From: Pseudomonadota bacterium
GTDB taxonomy: Bacteria; UBA10199; 2-02-FULL-44-16; JBDRGF01
Direction: 5' to 3'
DNA length: 13,083 nt
Assembly (NCBI GenBank): GCA_043818055.1
Contig: JBDRGF010000059.1
Span: 1 to 13,083, forward strand
Shown piece after piece: positions 7,863-13,083 of this stretch (position 1 is its first letter; the number at the start of each line of letters is the position of its first letter). The notes under the pieces are model-generated. The model saw only the letters and a program-made list of their open reading frames with translations, was not told the origin of the DNA and made no database searches. A program made the position numbers and the translations under genes.

Positions 7863-8392
7863 TGTCTTAGTTTCTTTCTTGCCAAAGTTATTTTATCTAA
7901 AGTCTCTTTATAAATTTTACCATTCGAATCGCCGACGAGATTCAAAACCTTTTCCCAGTTTTTTATCGCCCGCTGATATCTTAGGTTTTTATAATCCATA
8001 TTTCCCAATGCGACCATCTCGTTCACTATCTGGTCTAAGTGCCCTTTGGCCTCTTCCTGCCTGCGCTTGCTTAAATAATTCGACTCGTTGAGATAGAGCG
8101 AAATTTCCCAGATTCGTATTGCATCATGAATGCGGTTTGAAAGATATCGCGCATACGCAATATCCTGAAGCGTCCTTGAAAGCGTTACGGAGGGAAGCGG
8201 ACGCTTGAATGAGGATACGCTCTTTTGCTCCTCCACGTTCATCTGCCATTGACTGACATTCTGAGATCCGCTCACCTTTTTAAATCCCTTCTCCTTTGGA
8301 GCCATCATCTCGGAGAGGATGAGCAGAGCAACAAATATAGAGACCATCGCGATGCCCGCAATCATAAATAGTTTTTTGCCACCCTTAGTCAT
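7859..8392 (-). CDS. Membrane-anchored TPR protein (Tad accessory)
   Basis: 177 aa with an N-terminal TM helix and two TPR-like units (DAIRIWEISLYLN, YQRAIKNWEKVLNL). Confidence 0.75.
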   Translation of the reverse strand: MTKGGKKLFMIAGIAMVSIFVALLILSEMMAPKEKGFKKVSGSQNVSQWQMNVEEQKSVSSFKRPLPSVTLSRTLQDIAYARYLSNRIHDAIRIWEISLYLNESNYLSKRRQEEAKGHLDQIVNEMVALGNMDYKNLRYQRAIKNWEKVLNLVGDSNGKIYKETLDKITLARKKLRQ

Positions 8393-8409
8393 AATTTAAA
8401 ACCCTTTCA

Positions 8410-9708
8410 CTATGATGCCGTGACCATATAATAGGGATGAGAATTCAATTTCAATGTTTGAGCGCGTAGCTTTGTACCATCCTTAAGATTTACTTCACGC
8501 GGTTCAGCCTTATTCTCCATAACAACGATCAAATCAAGTATATCCTTCATAAAGGGCGAATCGCCTAAACCTTCAAGGAGATGTCTACCACTCTCAACAC
8601 GTGCGCCAAGCTTCCCGTTTATGTTTCCCGATGTTGCGACGACTCGCTTCTGTGTATCGACTATTAAAAAATCGCCCATGTTCAGTTCTTTGAGCATCTC
8701 CCAAAAACCATCGTTCACCTTTCTGAGATCTGTTTGATTCGATTGGGGTGAATCGGGAAGAATAGGTTTAGAAGCGTTTATCTTATCGACGAGAAGCTCA
8801 AACTCCGCAAACTTCATCTTGCCGGAGAGATTCAACTTTCCGCTCTCATCGAAACTATGCAAGGCATAAGAGAGGGGAAAGATCGTCCATCGCCTGAGAA
8901 GATAATAGAGTCCCCAAACCATCAGCACAGAGATGATAAAAAGTTTGATTACTTCAACCACCTGGAAACCTGCTCTGTTTAAGCTCCCTCTCGCATCATA
9001 TTTGATGATGGCAAGTCCCTTTCTTATCTCAGTGATACCCTTAAAGGTCTCCTCTGAATTGAAAATCGGATATGTGAGATAATACTCTCCCCCTCCAATG
9101 TCAAAGGCCTTCAATTTATCTGCTGATGCTGAGAAGACCTTGTCCATCCGCGGACGACTCTGTATCTGCTGCCCAAATAGTTCAACAGGTGAGAGAATCA
9201 TCCCTTCATTATCAGTCACGAAGATCTCCTCAACACCGACCTCTCCTTTCGCAGAATCAACCGAGAAGAGCACCTCCTGATCCTGGCCAAACGCTTCCTG
9301 ATTCGAGGCTGCCAGGAGCCTCACAAGGGTCTTTCCGCGATCGAGCGATTCAGCCTCAAGCTGAGTTATATCCCGGAATAGAAGATGCACCGGCCCCAAT
9401 AAATACAATATGGAAATAGCGCCGATGAGTATAATTAGAATTTTTTTATTCCAGTCGATCGACTCAAAGCGATCGGCATATTGACGAATCGTCTTTAGAT
9501 CAAAACTTCTTTTTTCGCCTGAGCTCTCTGTACCCTTCTCCTTTGGGGATTTCAGGAGCTTATCGGTGAGAGGTTTTAGAAATGATATCTTCGACAACTT
9601 CAGCAACAACTTATTAAAATCAGGTGTCGGCAGCTTTGCCTTCAGATCAGAAATCACCTTCAGAGCTGATGCAAAATTATTCTGTTTATTCTTCGTCTCT
9701 TCACTCAT
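8410..9708 (-). CDS. Two-TM membrane protein with periplasmic Cache-like domain and cytoplasmic HAMP/PAS-like tail, no enzymatic output domain
   Basis: 432 aa. TM1 (ILIILIGAISILYLLGPV), a periplasmic region with VEEIFVTDNEGMILSP, TM2 (LFIISVLMVWGLYYLL) followed by IFPL, and a tail with FLIVDTQKRVVATS. ATGA overlap with tadC. Confidence 0.65.
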   Translation of the reverse strand: MSEETKNKQNNFASALKVISDLKAKLPTPDFNKLLLKLSKISFLKPLTDKLLKSPKEKGTESSGEKRSFDLKTIRQYADRFESIDWNKKILIILIGAISILYLLGPVHLLFRDITQLEAESLDRGKTLVRLLAASNQEAFGQDQEVLFSVDSAKGEVGVEEIFVTDNEGMILSPVELFGQQIQSRPRMDKVFSASADKLKAFDIGGGEYYLTYPIFNSEETFKGITEIRKGLAIIKYDARGSLNRAGFQVVEVIKLFIISVLMVWGLYYLLRRWTIFPLSYALHSFDESGKLNLSGKMKFAEFELLVDKINASKPILPDSPQSNQTDLRKVNDGFWEMLKELNMGDFLIVDTQKRVVATSGNINGKLGARVESGRHLLEGLGDSPFMKDILDLIVVMENKAEPREVNLKDGTKLRAQTLKLNSHPYYMVTAS

Positions 9709-10628
9709 AGCATCAAACCTTCCAGTCCACCCGTTAACAATTTAACGAGGATCGGTCCGAAGACCACGATAAAAACAGCCGGCATAATAAAGAAAACCAG
9801 CGGGAAGAGGAGCTTCTGCGAAGCGATCGCCCCTTTTCGTTCAGCTGATTCAAATCTCTCACGACGGAGCCTCTCCGCCTGGATTCTTAGCGCCTTTCCG
9901 ATCGAAGTACCAAGGCGATCCGCCTGTACAAGGACTGAAACGAATGTGGAAATTTCGGTCGAGCCGACTTTAAGAGACATGCTCTTTAGAGCCTGCGCCC
10001 TCGTCCGACCGAGTTGGATCTCCGATAACATGCGCGACACCTCTTCGCGAAGCGGCGATGGGCGCATCTTTTGGGCAATGCGATTGACCGCAGCTATGAA
10101 GTCGAGCCCTGCTTCCACGGTCAACGTGAGGTTGTCCACAAAGGGTGGAAATTCGAGGATGATTTGATTGCGCCTCTTCTGAATGATGGAATTGATCCAA
10201 AGACGTGGAAAATAAAAACCAAGTATCAGCATACCAAGTGAGAGCCACCACGGAACTGAATATTTGATATCCAAAAATCTCAACTCGAAAAATAGTATGT
10301 ATGTGAATGCCAGGAACATCACAGATGACAAGATCTGAAATGCCCAGAAGTCCTCAGGTGTAAAATGATCGAGAGCTGCGTAAGAAAATTTCTTATCGAG
10401 TTCAGCCCTCTGATGGGGAAGTTTAAGTGGGCTTAAGAGATGAGAATAGAGGGAAAAGATAGGACGAAACAATGAATCGACTGCAGTGAAATTGGCTGTC
10501 GATGAATCTCCCTGTTTTTTTAGGCGTTTGACAGCAAGGCGCTTTTCGTTATACCCGATGAAGAGATACGCTATCAGCGCAACGCTCACGAAAAGGGCAA
10601 TAATTGAAATTATAAACTGTATGTTCAT
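9705..10628 (-). CDS. tadC: Tad pilus platform protein TadC (T2SSF family)
   Basis: FPPFVDNLTLTVEAGLDF, EIQLGRTRAQAL, LVQADRLGTSIGKALRIQAERLRRER and KLLFPLVFFIMPAVFIVVFGP are canonical TadC motifs. Confidence 0.95.
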   Translation of the reverse strand: MNIQFIISIIALFVSVALIAYLFIGYNEKRLAVKRLKKQGDSSTANFTAVDSLFRPIFSLYSHLLSPLKLPHQRAELDKKFSYAALDHFTPEDFWAFQILSSVMFLAFTYILFFELRFLDIKYSVPWWLSLGMLILGFYFPRLWINSIIQKRRNQIILEFPPFVDNLTLTVEAGLDFIAAVNRIAQKMRPSPLREEVSRMLSEIQLGRTRAQALKSMSLKVGSTEISTFVSVLVQADRLGTSIGKALRIQAERLRRERFESAERKGAIASQKLLFPLVFFIMPAVFIVVFGPILVKLLTGGLEGLML

Positions 10629-11488
10629 AATGATAAGATTGCCTCCGCCTTATAAATTTCCTGAATGCGATCGTTGAGTTCCCGCTTCCCTGTCGAAATA
10701 AATTTCTGTCCCACTTCGATTATCATATTCATCGTATGAACTTCCGGTAGATGTTTTTTCAAATTGAAGGTCAGCGTTCCCTTCCCCGAAACCGATATCC
10801 TGTCGATATTCTTCGATCTCAAGAGCTGAATCCTTTGCAACATATCCGGATCCTCGGTGACCTCGGTGCTTTTGAGTTCAGACTGAACCGTGTAGCTGAT
10901 CTCGGCAACTTCTTCACCCGCAAGCGTGCGTATATTTTCAAGGCGACAATTCACCTTCAGATCCAAAAAGACGAGATCGCCGATTTTGGCGCTCTGAACA
11001 TTCGACCAGGCCTGGCCGACTTTGAGAGATGCCCTTGGAAAGACAATTGGAAATGACTCAAATGATAGTTTTGCGAGATCGATAGGCTGCTGGGAAAGCC
11101 CTGTGGAATCGAATTTTGTTTCGTTCACAAAGGTTTTATATTTATCGCGCGTCTCACCATCGCTCTCCTCCCTGATAACAGAGATCTTCTCCTCATTCTT
11201 GAGGTAGCGAAAACTTCCCTCTTCGAGATCCATATGAGATACGGAGGTCACCTTAATATCCTTTTTGACTTCGAGCTCCCTGAACGATTCCTTCTTCCTG
11301 AGTTCATCAGACGCTCCCCCCTCCTTGCTGATATTTTTGAGTGCTGTGTTGCTCTCGAGATAATGCGTATAGGCGGTTAGGCTCTTAGGATACTCGCCAT
11401 ACGAAATAATTACTTCCTTCTTCTCCTCTCCTGAAGCAAAGGAGAAAAGAGATGTGAATACAAAAATGACAATTAGAAAATATCTCAT
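10625..11488 (-). CDS. Secreted beta-rich protein, DUF6263-like
   Basis: Likely start ATG 11488 (AAAGGT 6 nt upstream, just after the tadB stop; the track start at 11572 lies inside tadB). Signal peptide MRYFLIVIFVFTSLFSFA. FPRASLKVGQAWS and ISVSGKGTLTFNLK resemble DUF6263-type motifs. Confidence 0.6.
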   Translation of the reverse strand: MRYFLIVIFVFTSLFSFASGEEKKEVIISYGEYPKSLTAYTHYLESNTALKNISKEGGASDELRKKESFRELEVKKDIKVTSVSHMDLEEGSFRYLKNEEKISVIREESDGETRDKYKTFVNETKFDSTGLSQQPIDLAKLSFESFPIVFPRASLKVGQAWSNVQSAKIGDLVFLDLKVNCRLENIRTLAGEEVAEISYTVQSELKSTEVTEDPDMLQRIQLLRSKNIDRISVSGKGTLTFNLKKHLPEVHTMNMIIEVGQKFISTGKRELNDRIQEIYKAEAILSL

Positions 11489-11490
11489 AA

Positions 11491-12348
11491 TCATACCTTT
11501 ATAGTGACAATCTTTTTCATCAGATACATACCTGTTGCCTGCATCAGCAACATGAAAGCTATCATCCCCCAACCGATCGGATGTGTGAGCATCGGCTCAA
11601 TGTATCCCGGGGATACTATATAAAGAGCAGCTGCCAGAACGAAGGGAAGCATACTGATGACTACAGCCTGTGCGATCCCCTGAGTCGTTATTGTTTTTAT
11701 TTTCCCGAGCACCCTCTGTTCCTCGCGAATCGTGTGCGTGATAATCTCGATAGTCTCGATGATATTTCCGCCAGTCTCCTTCAGCGTGATGAGAGAAGTG
11801 ACCAGCAATTCAACCTCTTCGACGGGAACCCTCTTTTGAAATTCAAGCAGGCACTGATCAAAGCTCTTTCCCAGCTGCTGTTCTGATACGATGCGGGAAA
11901 GCTCCTGCGATATGGGGGGTGGCATCTCCTCCGAGGCCATCTGAAAACCCTGTTGGAGGGAAAGCCCGGATCTCAAGGCATTTCCGATGAGTCCAAGAGA
12001 ATCGACAAGCTGGGACTTGATTTTAAGAATTCTACTCCTCTTCATGTGCAAAGCGAAGCGATAGGAGATGTCGTGCGTGAGAATGGAAAGTGTGAGGCCG
12101 ATCAAAAATTTGAGCCAGATGCTTTTGAAAATGAATATGGCGAAGGCAAATGAGATGATCGGGCCTATCACATAAAAGAATGTTTTCTTCCACGGTGTCA
12201 GCTCATACATCATATCCTTAAAGACGTTTTCACATCGCATCCGCGAGCGATCATAATAAGCTGTAAGGAGGCTTGCCACTTTCGGCATCCATAAGTATGC
12301 GATCAAAGTGACCATCGTTCCTGAAAATATTGCTATAAAATATTTCAT
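11491..12348 (-). CDS. tadB: Tad pilus platform protein TadB (T2SSF family)
   Basis: QLVDSLGLIGNALRSGLSL, EMPPPISQEL, ETGGNIIE, LYIVSPGYIEPM and MKKIVTIKV are canonical TadB motifs. SD AGAGGA precedes ATG 12348. Confidence 0.95.
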   Translation of the reverse strand: MKYFIAIFSGTMVTLIAYLWMPKVASLLTAYYDRSRMRCENVFKDMMYELTPWKKTFFYVIGPIISFAFAIFIFKSIWLKFLIGLTLSILTHDISYRFALHMKRSRILKIKSQLVDSLGLIGNALRSGLSLQQGFQMASEEMPPPISQELSRIVSEQQLGKSFDQCLLEFQKRVPVEEVELLVTSLITLKETGGNIIETIEIITHTIREEQRVLGKIKTITTQGIAQAVVISMLPFVLAAALYIVSPGYIEPMLTHPIGWGMIAFMLLMQATGMYLMKKIVTIKV

Positions 12349-12429
12349 CAAATTCCTCTGTCAATACAGTATAAGTGCTCGTAACAATTTAATATCTGGA
12401 TGCCTCTATTTTCCGTCTGTCATCCCTGC

Positions 12430-12572
12430 GTACGAGCCTGTTTCCGAAGTCATTTGTATATCAAATTATTGTAGGGGAGGGTTTCAAACCCTCCCGAAAT
12501 CACAATTAGGGCAGGTTTAAAACCTGCCCCTACATAAATATCAAAAAACGGACTTCGACAACAGCCTCCTAC
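12430..12572. mobile_element. Possible MITE-like element with 22-nt imperfect terminal inverted repeats enclosing the REP doublet
   Basis: Left GTACGAGCCTGTTTCCGAAGTC (12430-12451) versus reverse complement of right GTAGGAGGCTGTTGTCGAAGTC (12572-12551): 18/22 identical, placed nearly symmetrically (19 and 17 nt from the REPs). Confidence 0.5.
12471..12533. repeat. Inverted pair of GTAG-type REP sequences (REPIN-like doublet)
   Basis: GTAGGGGAGGGTTTCAAACCCTCCC (12471-12495) and, on the minus strand, GTAGGGGCAGGTTTTAAACCTGCCC (12533-12509). Each is a GTAG foot plus a palindrome, with a 13-nt spacer between them. Confidence 0.85.
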
Positions 12573-12633
12573 ACAAAGAACAAAACAAAGTATTTTTTAG
12601 AGCTCCCATCTATTTATATCCACCCAGCAGTAA

Positions 12634-13083
12634 TTAAATTCGCGATGTACCAATAAAAATCTCCCTCGAAAAATCTATTCCCTTCTGCTGCAACTCATCA
12701 AAGAACTTAGGCACGACACCCGAGGGTCGGAACTTGCCTACTACTTTTCTATCGGCGTCGACACCTTCCTGCTGATATGTAAATATGCTCTGCAGCGTGA
12801 TCACGCTCCCCTCCATGCCTGTGAGCTCCGCTATATCGGTAATCTTTCTGGTTCCATCGCTAAATCTGCTGAGCTGAACTATCATATGTATTCCGCCGGC
12901 GATCTGTTCACGGATCGCCTTCGAAGGAAGCTCGACGCCAGAGAACATCACAAGCGTCTCGATTCTCGAGATCGCATCTTTTGCGGTGTTTGCATGTACG
13001 GTCGTCATCGATCCATCGTGGCCAGTGTTCATCGCCTGAAGCATGTCGAGCGCCTCTCCGCCTCTACACTCTCCAACCACTAT
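12634..13083 (-). CDS. cpaF: Tad pilus assembly ATPase CpaF/TadA (3' part only)
   Basis: Walker B and His-box region VVGECRGGEALDMLQAMNTGHDGSMTTVHAN, plus IVQLSRFSDGTRKIT and GMEGSVITLQSIF. It lies upstream of tadB/tadC. Confidence 0.96.
   Translation of the reverse strand: MVVGECRGGEALDMLQAMNTGHDGSMTTVHANTAKDAISRIETLVMFSGVELPSKAIREQIAGGIHMIVQLSRFSDGTRKITDIAELTGMEGSVITLQSIFTYQQEGVDADRKVVGKFRPSGVVPKFFDELQQKGIDFSREIFIGTSRI

Noticed and set aside
8410..9708. Sensor histidine kinase
   Set aside because: No HisKA H-box or HATPase N/G boxes are present.
11489..11572. ORF-track N-terminal extension of the DUF6263-like gene (similarly 6481-6501 and 4578-4613)
   Set aside because: The extensions lie inside upstream genes. 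Downstream ATGs give better SD placement or proper signal peptides.
12396..12430. Fragments CTGGATGCC and GTCATCCCTGCG resembling another REP-like repeat family
   Set aside because: No complementary arm is present. They may be remnants but cannot be supported from this window.
314..12520. Numerous short plus-strand ORFs and small nested minus-strand ORFs in the track
   Set aside because: Almost all overlap long, motif-bearing minus-strand genes and have no recognisable motifs. They are shadow ORFs.
12471..12533. CRISPR array
   Set aside because: Only two units, in inverted orientation with a 13-nt spacer, and no cas genes. This fits REP elements.

Overview
Bacterial DNA with every credible gene on the minus strand. 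From the right edge leftwards there is a Tad/Flp (type IVc) pilus locus: the 3' end of cpaF/tadA, a REP-containing palindromic intergenic element, tadB, a secreted DUF6263-like protein, tadC, three membrane-anchored accessory proteins (one sensor-like, two TPR), a secreted TPR protein, a DUF192 gene and a Flp pilin. A separate promoter and a ~230-nt leader with an intrinsic terminator follow. Next come a ~689-aa secreted protein ending in a CHAP-like cysteine peptidase domain and a secreted RHS/YD-repeat protein (DUF6531) that runs off the left edge and is absent from the ORF track. The most striking observation is a ~110-aa module I do not recognise, shared by the CHAP-like and RHS proteins (21/52 identities in a hand-aligned core). 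The layout resembles Tad loci of predatory Bdellovibrionota/Myxococcota and suggests a Tad-associated effector cassette. All family calls are by motif recognition; no searches were run.
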